Positions 1 through 21,400 of a stretch of DNA of 64,000 nucleotides are shown here, piece by piece. Position 1 is the stretch's first letter; every line of letters begins with the position of its first letter. The position numbers and the translations under genes are program-made. The stretch comes from an uncultured Gemmatimonadales bacterium. Lineage in GTDB: Bacteria > Gemmatimonadota > Gemmatimonadetes > Longimicrobiales > Longimicrobiaceae. Location: the NCBI GenBank assembly GCA_963716255.1, contig OY970303.1, forward strand, positions 2,304,001 through 2,368,000. The letters are read 5' to 3'. The notes beneath the pieces were generated by a model, which had not been told where the DNA came from, did not search any database, and worked only from the letters and a program-made list of their open reading frames with translations.

Positions 1-9318
<9,318 letters not shown>

Positions 9319-9499
9319 GGGCGGGAGCAGCTGTCGGATGCGGCCGCGGACGTCCGGGGCAGAGGTCGGAGAGACGGCGCCGGGGCGACGGCGACGAGGT
9401 CGACACCCCCGGGAAGGGGCGCCGGCCGCCGGGGGCGGAAGGCCTGCGCGATCGGGTTCATCGCCGGCAGCGTGGCCGGTGGCGCGGCGTGCCGGCGGG

Positions 9500-12400
9500 T
9501 CACCCGACGCTCGCCCCGCGGACCAATGCGGTCAGGTGCGCGATCTCCAGGGTATCGAACTGGTCGAGCTGGACGTCGAGAACGTGCTGCGCCAGCGCGG
9601 ACAGAACGGGCTTTTCGAACACGTCGCTCAGCGCGACGTCGGCGTCCAGGTGCTGCTTGATGCGGGGTACGAGCTTCACTACCAGCAGGGAGTGGCCGCC
9701 CAGCTCGAAGAAGTGGTCGTGGCGGCCCACCCGCTCCACCCCCAGCACCTCCGCCCAGATCTGCGCCAGCACCCCCTCCGTCTCCCCCACGGGCGCCTCG
9801 TAGCCCCGCCGCGCGTACGCATCCCCCTCCGGCGCCGGCAGCCCCCGGCGGTCCACCTTCCCGTTCGGCGTCCGCGGAAGCGCCGCCAGGCGCACGTACG
9901 CCCCCGGGACCATGTACTCCGCCACGCGATCCCCAAGGTGCCCCCGCAGCGCCTCCACACCCGCATCCCCCACGTAGTACGCCACCAGACGCTTCTCCCC
10001 GGCCCCCTCCTCCCGCGCCACCACCACCGCCTCCTCCACTCCCTCGTGCTCCCCCAGCCGTGCCTCGATCTCGCTCAGCTCGATCCGGAAACCCCGCACC
10101 TTCACCTGGAAGTCGTTCCGACCCACGAACTCCACCTCTCCCTCCCCACGCCACCTCACCAGGTCCCCCGTCCGGTACAGACGCCCCCCCGCAGCCCCCC
10201 CCAACCCGTCCGGAACGAACTTCTCCGCCGTCAGCCCCGCTCGACCCCAGTAGCCCAGCGCCACCCCAGCGCCCCCCACGTACAGCTCCCCCACCACCCC
10301 CACCGGAACCGGCGCCCCCGACCCGTCCAGCACGTACGCTCGCGTGTTCCCCTTCGGCCGCCCGATCGGGATTCCCCGCCCCCCCTCCACCGCCTCCCCC
10401 ACCTCCACCGCGTGCGCCAGCGAGAACGTGGTCGTCTCCGTTGGCCCGTAGCAGTTGTAGATCCGCACACGGCCCCCCTCACCCAGCACCCGCGCGTACG
10501 CCGCAGGGGCCGCGCGGTCCCCCCCCGTGAGCACGTAGCGCAGCCCCGACAGCGCCCCCGGGATCACCTGCGCGTAGTGGTTGAACAGCACCGGCGTGAT
10601 CAGCAGCGCCGTCACCCCCGCCGCCTCCAGCAGGCGACCGTACTCCGGCGCGTCCAGCAGCACCTCCTGCCCCACCACCACGATGCGCCCGCCCCGAAGC
10701 AGCGGGCCCCACACCTCCAGCGTCGACGCGTCGAAGGCCGGGTTCGACGCCAGCGCCACCCGGTCCTCCGAATCCAGATCCGCGTAGCCGTTGCTCAGCA
10801 CCAGCTGCGTGATCGCCCGGTGCGGCACCATCACTCCCTTGGGCTCCCCCGTCGAGCCGGAGGTGTACATCACGTACGCCAACGCCTCCCCGCCCAGCCC
10901 ACCCGCCGCGTCCAGCTCACCCGCCACGCCCGCCGCCCCGGCTCCGGACAGCGTGTCCACGTCCACCCGATCCACACCCGGAAGCGGCGCAAGCGGCTCG
11001 CCCGAGCGGCTCAGCAGGAGGCGCGCGCCGCTGTCGGCGATCATGAAGGCCGTGCGCTCGGCCGGGTACGACGCGTCCAGCGGGACGTACGCCGCACCTG
11101 CCCTGAGCACCGCCAGCTCGGCCACCACCAGCTCGACCGAGCGCGGGAGCAGGAGAGCCACCCGGCTCCCGGCGCGCACCCCGCGCCGCCTGAGGTGCTG
11201 CGCCAGCCCGTGGGCCCACGCGTCCAGCTCGGCGTACGTCAGCGTCCGCTCCCCCTGCACCACCGCAACGGCGCCGGGCGTGCGCCCGGCCTGCGCCGCG
11301 AACAGCTCGTGCACCCCCACCTCGCCCGGGTACGCCGACGCCGTCCGGTTCCACGCCTCCAGCAGCTGCCGGCGCTCCTCCTCCGCCAGCACCTCCAGCC
11401 GGTCCACCGGGCGATCGGCGTCGGCGGCCATCCCCTCCAGCACCCGCCGCAGGTACCCCGCGTACCGCTCCACCGTCTCCGGCTCGAAGAGCGCCGTCGC
11501 GTACTCCACTCCCCCCACGATCCGCCCCTCCGCCTCCTGCAGCGACAGCGAAAGGTCGAACTTCGACGTCGCCTGCCGGGTCTCCTGCACGGGTCCTACC
11601 TCCAGCCCCGGCAGCTCCAGCCTGTCGCGCCGCGTGTTCTGCCAGGCGAACATCACCTGGAAGACGGGGCTGTGCGCCAGGCTGCGCGCCGGCTGCACCA
11701 GCTCCACCACCTGCTCGAACGGGATGTCCTGGTTCTGCTGGGCTTCCAGCACTCGCGCCTTCACCCGCCCCAGCAGCTCCGCCACCGCAGGAGCGCCCGT
11801 CAGCTCCACGCGGAGCGCCAGCGTGTTCACGAAGAACCCGATCAGCCGCTCGATCTCTCCCCTGCCGCGATTGGCCGTCGGCGCGCCGATGACCACGTCC
11901 GTCTGGCCCGAAAGACGGCTCAGCACCGTCGCCCACCCGGCCAGGAGGGTCATGAACAGCGTCACTCCGTGGCGCCGGCCGAGCGCCCGCAGCGCCGCCG
12001 TGAGCTCCTCGCCCAGCTCCACCCCGACCGTTGCACCCGCATGGTCCTGCCTCGCGGGTCGCGCGTGGTCCGTCGGCAGCTCCAGCAGCTCCGGCACGCC
12101 ACGCAGCACCCGGCTCCAGTACGCCGCCTGCGCGTCCAGCACCGCGCCGTCCACCCAGCGCCGCTGCCACGCCGCGTAGTCCGCGTACTGCACCGGGAGC
12201 GACGGCAGCGGGTCCTCCTCTCCTCCGCGGTATGCGCCGTACAGCACGCTCAGCTCGCCGTCCAGCAGACCCATGGACCACGCGTCCGACACCACGTGGT
12301 GCATCGTCACCAGCAGCACGTGGTCGTCCTCCGCGAGCCGGATCAGCCGGCCGCGAATGACGGGGCCGCCCTCCAGGTCGAAGGGAGCTCGCGCTTCGGC

Positions 12401-15400
12401 GGCCGCGAGGTGCTGGAGCTCCGCCTCCGCACCGGGGCTCGCTCCCAGGTCGTGCTCCAGGAGGTGGAAGGCGCTCTCCTCCACCGGCGCGATCCGCTGC
12501 TCCGGCTCGCCGTCCACCACCACGAACGTGGTCCGCAGCGCCTCGTGGCGCGCCACGATACGGTCCAGCGCGCGGACCAGCGCCGCGCGGTCCAGCGCAC
12601 CCCGCAGCCGGAGGCGCCGCCGAACGTGGTACGTGCTGCCCATGTGCCCGAGCTGCTCCAGGAACCAGAGCCGCTGCTGCGCATAGGACAGCGCCAAGCG
12701 CCCGCTCCGGTCCACCGGCTCTATGGGGGGCAGCTCCGCGCGCGCCGCCGTCTCCAGCCCGCGCGCGAACTCTGCAAGCCCCGGCCGCTCGAACATGTCG
12801 CCCAGCGCCGCCTCGGCTCCCATCACCTGACGCACCCGCGAGATCACCTGCACCGCCAGCAGCGAGTGGCCGCCCAGCTCGAAGAAGCTGTCCCAGCGGC
12901 CCACCCCCTCCACGCCCAGCACCTCGGACCAGATCTCCGCCAGCGCCAGCTCGGTCTCGCTCGCCGGCGCCTCGTAGGCCCGCCGCGCGTAGGCATCGCC
13001 CTCGGGCGCCGGCAGCGCCTTCCGGTCCACCTTGCCGTTCGGGGTGAGCGGGAGCCGCTCCATCGCCACATACGACGCCGGCACCATGTACTCCGGGAGC
13101 CGCTCGTGCAGGTGCTCGCGCAGCCGGGGCACCAGCACCCCGGTCCGCCTCCCCCGCAGCGGATCCGTCGCGTACGCGGCCAGCTCCCGGTGCTCCCAGC
13201 GGGTGCGCGTCGGGAACGCCCGCCGGCCGGCCGGGGCCGCCACTTTCGTGAACAGCGCGTCCATGCGCCCGGCGTCGTTGGACTCTGCAAGCTTCACCTC
13301 GACCGTCCACCCCAGGGCCTCCCCCAGCCTCCAGAGGGCATCGGGGTCGACTCCCTCCGCCACCGCCCTGCGGCGCACCTCCCCCACGGTGTCGACGCCC
13401 TGGCCGCTGCGCCGGATCTCGAGCTGCTTCAGGGCCCCGCTCACCCGCGAGTTCGGGATCCCCTGCACCACGACCACGTCGTCGCTCGTCTCCTCCAGCC
13501 AGGACTCCAGCGATTCCAGCGTCAGGCGCCCGGCCTCCCAGCTCAGCCAGGTCCCTTCCGCCGGGCTCTCGTCGGCCTGGCCCACGTGCAGCACGACGTC
13601 GTAGCGGAACTCCGTCAGCTCGTTGCGGAACCGTCCCCGTTTCTGGAGGGTCTCCACCCGGCCGATGGACTCCACCTGCTGGCCCAGGGACCAGAAGAAG
13701 CCAGGATCGATCACCAGCTCGGCCTCCTGCGCCTGCGCCTGCTCCGCCCGGTCCCTCCACTCCGCCACGGGGCGGGTCGCGGGAGACGCGTACGTCTCCA
13801 CGGCGGTCCGGAACGCGCCCAGGAGCCGCAGGTCGCGCACGTCCCCGACGAACACATGGCCACCAGGCTCCACCACCCGCGCGGCGCCCTCCAGCACCCG
13901 CATCAGGTACTCCAGGCCGGGGAGGTACTGCACCACGGAGTTGATGACCACGGTGTCGAACGACCCCCGCTCGAACCCGCCGAAGTCGTCGGCCGTGCGC
14001 TCCAGGAGTTCCACGTGCTGCAGCTCCGGCTGCTCACGCCGCAGCCCGTCGATGCCCCTCAGGGCTCGGGCGGAGAAGTCCGTCCCGACGTAGCGCGCGC
14101 AGCCCGGCGCCACGCGCGACAGCAGCAGGCCCGTCCCGCATCCGATCTCGAGCACCCGTCGGGGCGACAGGGTGCCGATCCGCGCGACCGTGGCATCCAC
14201 CCATTCCCGCATCTCCTCGGGCGGGACCGGTTCGCCGGTGTAGCTGCTGTTCCAGCCGCTGATGTCGAAGGTGGGATCGGCGGCGGCATACGCTCTTCCG
14301 TACGCGTAGTCCCACGCGGTCATCCAGTCGGTCTGGTGCTCCGCCTCCCATCCCTCGCCTGCCGCTTCTCCCCCGGTTGCGGCCTCGTCCACGCGGTCCC
14401 AGTCGGGCACCACGTACGCGACCAGCCGCCTGTCCCCGGCGCTGTCCTCGCGCGCCAGCACCACCGCCTCGCGCACCGCGGCATGCTCGGCCAGCTTCGC
14501 CTCGATCTCCCCCAGCTCGATGCGGTAGCCCCGCACCTTCACCTGCGTGTCGTTGCGCCCGACGAACTCCAGCGTCCCGTCCGGCAGCCACCGCCCCAGG
14601 TCCCCCGTGCGGTACAGCCGCCCGCCCGGCGCCGAGCCGAACGGGTCCGCCACGAAGCGCTCCGCGGTCAGCTCCGGCCGGTCCAGGTACCCGCGCGCCA
14701 CTCCCGTCCCCCCGATGTACAGCTCGCCCACCACGCAGGCGGGCACGGGCTCGCCGCTCGCATCCAGCACGTAGATCCGCGTGTTGGCGAGCGGAGCGCC
14801 CAGGGGAACGTGGCCCCGGCCCGCGGGAGACGCCGTGCCCACAGGGTGCACCGACGACCAGATCGTCGTTTCCGTGGGCCCGTAGACGTTCCACAGCTCA
14901 GCGACCCGCTCACCCAGCCGCGCGGCGAGCTCGGCCGGGAGCGCTTCGCCGCCGCAGAGGGCGCGCAGGCCCTCCTCGCCCTGCCAGCCGCTTTCGATGA
15001 GCAGGCGCCACGTCGCGGGAGTAGCCTGCATCACGGTCCCTCCGCACGCGGAGATCGCGCGCTGGAGAAGGGCGGGGTCGGAGCCGACCGCGCGGTCGAG
15101 GATCTCCACGCGCGCTCCGGAGAGCAGCGGGAGGAAGAGCTCCAGCACCGAGATGTCGAAGGCGACGGTCGTCACGGCGAGAAGCCGGTCCGTCGCCTCC
15201 ATCCGCAGGGTCGTCCGCATGGACCACAGGAGGTTGACAACGCCCCCGTGCAGGTTCATCACGCCCTTGGGTTCGCCCGTCGAGCCCGACGTGTAGATCA
15301 CGTACGCCAGGTGGTCCGGCGTGAGCCCTGCGCGCGGCGGATCGGTCTCCGGCTGGTCTGCCCAGGCAGGCGCGTCCGCGTCGAGATCCACCACCGGCAC

Positions 15401-18400
15401 GTGCAGCCCGGCGAGCCTTCCCGCTGTCGGCCCCTGCGTCAGCAGCACCGCCGGCGCGCTGTGCCGGAGCACGAAGCGCAGCCGGTCCTCGGGGTAGTGG
15501 GGGTCCAGCGGCACGTACGCCCCGCCCGCCTTCAGCACCCCCAGCAGCCCGACCATCATCTCCAGCCCACGCTCCGCGCACAGCCCCACCCGTACGTCGG
15601 GGCCCACCCCGCGCTCCCGGAGGTGGTGCGCCAGCCGATTGGCACGCGCGTTCAGCTCGCCGTACGTCAGCGTCCCATCCCCGTGGACCAGCGCCACGGC
15701 GGCCGGCGTGCGCGCGGCCTCCGCCTCGAACAGCTCGTGCACGCATGCGCCGGCCGGATAGGCGGCGTCCGTCCGGTTCCACTCCTCCACTACCCTCGCC
15801 CGCTCCGCGGAGGGCAGCACCTCCAGGCTCGCCAGCGGGCGCGCCGGTGCCTCCTCCAGCGCCTCGACCAGGCTCTCCAGCGCACGGTGCATCATGGCGC
15901 ACACGCGCCCCGGTCCCACGGAGACCGGCGCGAATGCGGTGAGCGAGAGGCCTTCTCCCAGGTCGTCCACCGACAGCCTGACCGGGTAGTTCGTCCGCCC
16001 CACCCCATGGATCAGCTGGCTCCCCTCCAACGTCCTGCCCGGCTCCGCGGTACCGGCCTCACCTCCGCCCCCGCTGTGGCGGTAGTTCAGCAGTGCGGAG
16101 AACAGAGGGGCGGGCGCCGCCACGCCGCTGCACCGCTGGGCGAGCGTCAGCGAGGCGTGCTCGTGCCGCATCAGCTCCGCGAGCTGCCGGTGCGTCCCCC
16201 GCACGCTTGCCTCCACCCCCTCGGGGCCCACCCGCACGCGGACCGGCAGGGTGTTGATGAAGGGTCCCAGCACCCGGTCCGAGCCCTCTCCCCCCTGCAT
16301 CCGGCCGAACAGCACCGTCCCGAACACCACGTCGTCGCGCCCCGACACCCGCGCCAGCACCTGCGCCCACGCCACGTGGCACGCGCTCGCGGCGCTCGCC
16401 CCCAGCTTCCGCGCACGCTCCCGCAGCCTCGCCGCGAGCTTCCCGTCCACCGCCAACCGCGCTTCCGCGACGCCGGACCCGTCTCCCCACACGTCCAGCA
16501 GGCCGAACGGCGCCGTGGGCTCCTCCACGTCTCCCACCAGCTTCCGGAAGTACGCCTCGTGCTCCGCGCGGCTCACCCCCAGGCGCGCCTGCGCCACGTA
16601 GTTGCGGAACGGAAGCGGAGCGGGGAGCTCGTGGGCGCGCCCCAGCAGGTGCGCCTGGACTTCCTTTTCCAGCACCTCCTGCGCGGTGTGGTCGCTCATC
16701 AGGTGGTGCCGGAGCAGCAGGAGCAGCCAGCGGCTCCGGGCCGCGTCCCGCGCTACGTAGACCCGCATCAGCGGCGCACGCACCACGTCCATGCGGTGGT
16801 GGCTCGGGTCGAAGCGCGCCCACAGCTGCTTCGCCGCGTCGCCTCCGGCGGCATCCACTTCCAGCTCGTCGACCTGCAGCCGGGCCTCCCGCCACACCAC
16901 CTGCACCGGCTCGCGCAGCCCTTCCCACACAACCGCCGTGCGCAGCACGTCGTGGCGGTCGACCACCGCCTGCAGCGCGTCCACGTAAGCGTCCACGCGC
17001 CAGCGCGTATCGAAGCTGTAGAGGCCGGCCAGCAGGTACGGATCGCCCTCCGTCGCCAGGATGTGGTGGAAGAGGATCCCCTCCTGCAGGGGCGCAAGCG
17101 GGTAGACGTCCTGTACGTTCCGCGCTCCACCGGGAACTCCGGCCACGATCCGGTCGATCTCCGCCTGGCTCAGCTCCACCAGCGGCAGCATCTCCGGGGT
17201 GATCGTTTCGCAGGGGGTCGGGATCCGGTTCGGGGGTACCGCCACCTCGAATGACTTCCGGCCCACCGCGGCCGCCAGGTCTGCCAGCGTGGGCGTCGTG
17301 AACAGCGCGCTGATCTCTGCGTGCAGTCCCCGCCGCCGCATCCGCCCGATCAGCATCACCGCCTTGAGAGAGTGGCCCCCCAGCTCGGTGAAGTTGTCCC
17401 AGCGGCCCACCCGCTCCACCTTGAGCACCTCCGCCCAGATCTCCGCCAGCGCCTGCTCGACCTCCCCCTCGGGCGCCTCGTAGCCGCCCCGCGCGTACGC
17501 ATCCCCCTCCGGCGCGGGCAGCGCCCGCCGGTCCACCTTCCCGCTCGGCGTGCGCGGTAGCGCCTCCAGGCGCACGTACGCCGCCGGAACCATGTGCTCC
17601 GGCAGACGCTCCGACAGGAACGCACGCAGCACCTCCGCTTCCGGCACCTCCCCCCCCACGCAGTACGCCACCAGCCGACGCTCACCCCCCGCCTCCTCCC
17701 GCGCCACCACCACCGCCTCCCGGATCCCCCGGTGCTCCCCCAGGCGCGACTCGATCTCCCCCAGCTCGATCCGGAACCCCCGAACCTTCACCTGCGCGTC
17801 CCCCCGCCCCACGAACTCGATCGCTCCCTCTCCCACCCACCGCCCCAGGTCCCCCGTCCGGTACAGACGCCCGCCCCCCTCCCCCCCGAACCCGTCCGGA
17901 ACGAACCGCTCCGCCGTATGCTCCGCGCGGTTGCGGTACCCCCGCGCCACCTGCACCCCCCCGATGTACAGCTCCCCAACCACTCCCGCAGGCACCGGCT
18001 CTCCCCCACGGTCCAGCACGTACAGGCGCGTGTTCGCCATCGGACGCCCGATCGGGATTGTTCCCTCCCCCGCACCCGCCTCCCCCGCGCAGCTCCACGC
18101 CGTCACGTCCACCGCCGCCTCCGTCGGGCCGTACACGTTGTACAGGCGCGCTCCCGGCACCTGCGCCTGGAAGCGCCGCGCCAGCTCCCGCGGCAGCGCC
18201 TCGCCCCCGCACACCACCCGCCTCAGCGTCGTGCAGCGGCCCAGATCCCCCTCCTGCACCAGCACCCGTAGCATGGTGGGCACGAAGTGCAGCGTGGTCA
18301 CCCCCTCCCGCCGGATCGTCTCCAGCAGGTAGGACGGGTCCCGGTGCCCGCCCGGGCGCGCCACCACCAGGCGCGCCCCCGCCAGCAGCGGCGGGACCAG

Positions 18401-21400
18401 CTCGCGAAGCGAGGCGTCGAAGCTGTAGGGCGTCTTCTGCAGCACCACGTCGTCGCCCCGCAGCGGCCACGCTTCCTGCATCCACCAGAGCGCGTTGACG
18501 ATGCTGCGGTGCTCCACCAGCACCCCCTTGGGATGCCCGGTCGAGCCCGACGTGTAGATGACGTACGCCAGGTGGGCCGGCGTCAGCCCCGCGCGCGGCG
18601 GGTTGCTGGACGGGCGATCGGCCCAGGCCCCGGCGTCACCGTCCAGCGACACCACCGGCACGGGCAGCCCGCCGAAGCGCCCGGCCGGGGCCCCGCGCGT
18701 CAGCAGCACCGCCGGCTCGCTGTCGACCAGCATGTAGCGCAGGCGCTCCGGCGGGTACTCGGGGTCCAGCGCCACGTAGGCGCCGCCGGCCTTGAGCACG
18801 CCCAGCAGCCCGATCATCAGCTCCAGGCTGCGCTCCACGCACAGCCCCACGCGAACCTCGGGACCCACGCCCAGCGCGCGCAGATGGTGGGCAAGGCGGT
18901 TGGCGCGCGCGTTCAGATCCGCGTAGCTCAGCGCCTCCCCCTCGAACACCAGCGCCACGGCATCCGGCGTGCGCTCGACCTGCGCCTCGAACAGCTCGTG
19001 CAGGCACGCCCCGCGAGGGAACTCGGCCTCCGTCGCGTTCCACTCCTCCAACACACGCCGCCGCTCCCCCTCCGGGAGCACGTCCAGGCGGCCCACCGGG
19101 CGCTCCGGCGCCCGCTCCAGCGCCTCCACGAGTCCGGCCAGCGCACGGTGCACCATCGCGCACACCCGCTCCGGACCCACCGACGCCGGCACCTGCGCCT
19201 TGAGCCCGAACCCCCTCCCCAGGTCGTCCACCAGAAGCGTCACCGGGTAGTTCGTCCAGTTTCCGCGGATGCCCTCCCACACCTCCGCGGTGCGGGACGT
19301 GACTCCTGCGCTGTGGCGGTAGTTCAGCAGGGCCGTGAAGAGCGGCGCCGGGGCCTCGACCCTGCTGCACCGCTGCGCCAGCGCCAGCGACGCGTGCTCG
19401 TGCCGCAGCAGCTCCGTGAGCTGCCGGTGCGTCCCCCGCACGCTCGCTCCGACGCCCTCCACCGCCACGCGCACACGGACCGGCAGCGTGTTGATGTGGG
19501 GTCCCAGAACCCGGTCCGAGCCCTCTGCGCCCTGCATCCGGCCGAACAGCACCGTCCCGAACACCACGTCGTCACGCCCCGACACGAGCGCCAACACCTG
19601 CGCGATCGCGACGTGCCACAGGCTCGCCGCGCTCACCCCCAGCTCGCGAGCACGCGCTCGCAGCCCGGCAGCCAGCGGTTCGTCCAGCATCAGCGCCGCT
19701 TCCGCGATCCCGGACCCGTCGCCCCACACGTCCAGCAGGCCGAAAGGCGCCGTGGGCTCCTCCACGTCGCCCAGGAGCTCCCGGAAGAAGACCTCGTGCT
19801 CGGCGCGGCTCACCCCCAGGCGCGCCTGCGCCACGTAGTTGCGGAAGGGCAGCGGAGCCGGGAGCGCGTCCGCGCGTCCGTGCAGGTGCGCCCGGACCTC
19901 GCCTTCCAGCACCTCCTTGGTGACGTGGTCGCCGATGAGGTGGTGCTGGTGGTACAGCAGCACCCAGCGGTCCCGGGCCTCGTCCCGCGCGGCGTACGCC
20001 CGCATCAGCGGTGCACGGCGCACGTCCATGCGGTGGTGGCCCGGGTCGAACCGACGGTAGAGCTGCGTCCCCGCGTCTCCGTCGGCCGGGTCCAGCACCA
20101 CTTCCTCCACCTCCACACGGGCCTCCCGCCACACCACCTGCACCGGCTCCCGCAATCCTTCCCAGATCACCGAGGTGCGCAGGATGTCGTGCCGATCGAT
20201 CACGGCCTGGAGAGCCACCAGGTACGCGTCCAGGCCCGCGCGCGTGTCGAAGCCGTACAGGGTGACCAGCTGGTAGAGATCCCCCTCCGTCTTCAGCAGG
20301 TGGTGAAATAGGATCCCCTCCTGCAAGGGCGCCAGCGGATAGATGTCCTGTACGTTCCGGGCGCCGCCCGCCACAGCCGCCACAATCCCCTCGATCTCCG
20401 CCGGGCTCAGCTCGACCAGCGGCAGCATCTCCACTGAGATGGCTTCGCACGGAGTCCGGATCCCGTTGGGAGGCACCTTCACCTCAAGCGAGTCCCTGCT
20501 TCCCAGGACGGCCGCTAGCCGGGCCAGTGTGGGAGCCGTAAACAGGGCATGGACGCCCGCGTGCAGTCCGCGCGCACGCATGCGCGCGACGAGCTTCACC
20601 GCCAGCAGGGAGTGGCCGCCCAGCTCGAAGAAGTGGTCGTGGCGGCCCACCCGCTCCACCCCCAGCACCTCCGCCCAGATCTGCGCCAGCACCCCCTCCG
20701 TCTCCCCCACGGGCGCCTCGTAGCCCCGCCGCGCGTACGCATCCCCCTCCGGCGCCGGCAGCCCCCGGCGGTCCACCTTCCCGTTCGGCGTCCGCGGAAG
20801 CGCCGCCAGGCGCACGTACGCCCCCGGGACCATGTACTCCGCCACGCGATCCCCAAGGTGCCCCCGCAGCGCCTCCACACCCGCATCCCCCACGTAGTAC
20901 GCCACCAGACGCTTCTCCCCGGCCCCCTCCTCCCGCGCCACCACCACCGCCTCCTCCACTCCCCCGTGCTCCCCCAGCCGTGCCTCGATCTCGCTCAGCT
21001 CGATCCGGAAACCCCGCACCTTCACCTGGAAGTCGTTCCGACCCACGAACTCCACCTCTCCCTCCCCACGCCACCTCACCAGGTCCCCCGTCCGGTACAG
21101 ACGCCCCCCCGCAGCCCCCCCCAACCCGTCCGGAACGAACTTCTCCGCCGTCAGCCCCGCTCGACCCCAGTAGCCCAGCGCCACCCCAGCGCCCCCCACG
21201 TACAGCTCCCCCACCACCCCCACCGGAACCGGCGCCCCCGATCCGTCCAGCACGTACGCTCGCGTGTTCCCCTTCGGCCGCCCGATCGGGATCCCCCGTC
21301 CCCCCTCCACCGCCTCCCCCACCTCCACCCCGTGCGCCAGCGAGAACGTGGTCGTCTCCGTCGGCCCGTAGCAGTTGTAGATCCGCACACGGCCCCCCTC

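Noticed and set aside
9700..10700. Long C-runs on plus (G-runs on the coding strand) as functional G-quadruplexes
   Set aside because: Explained by GGG/GTG/GAG codon use in the duplicated modules; no independent evidence.
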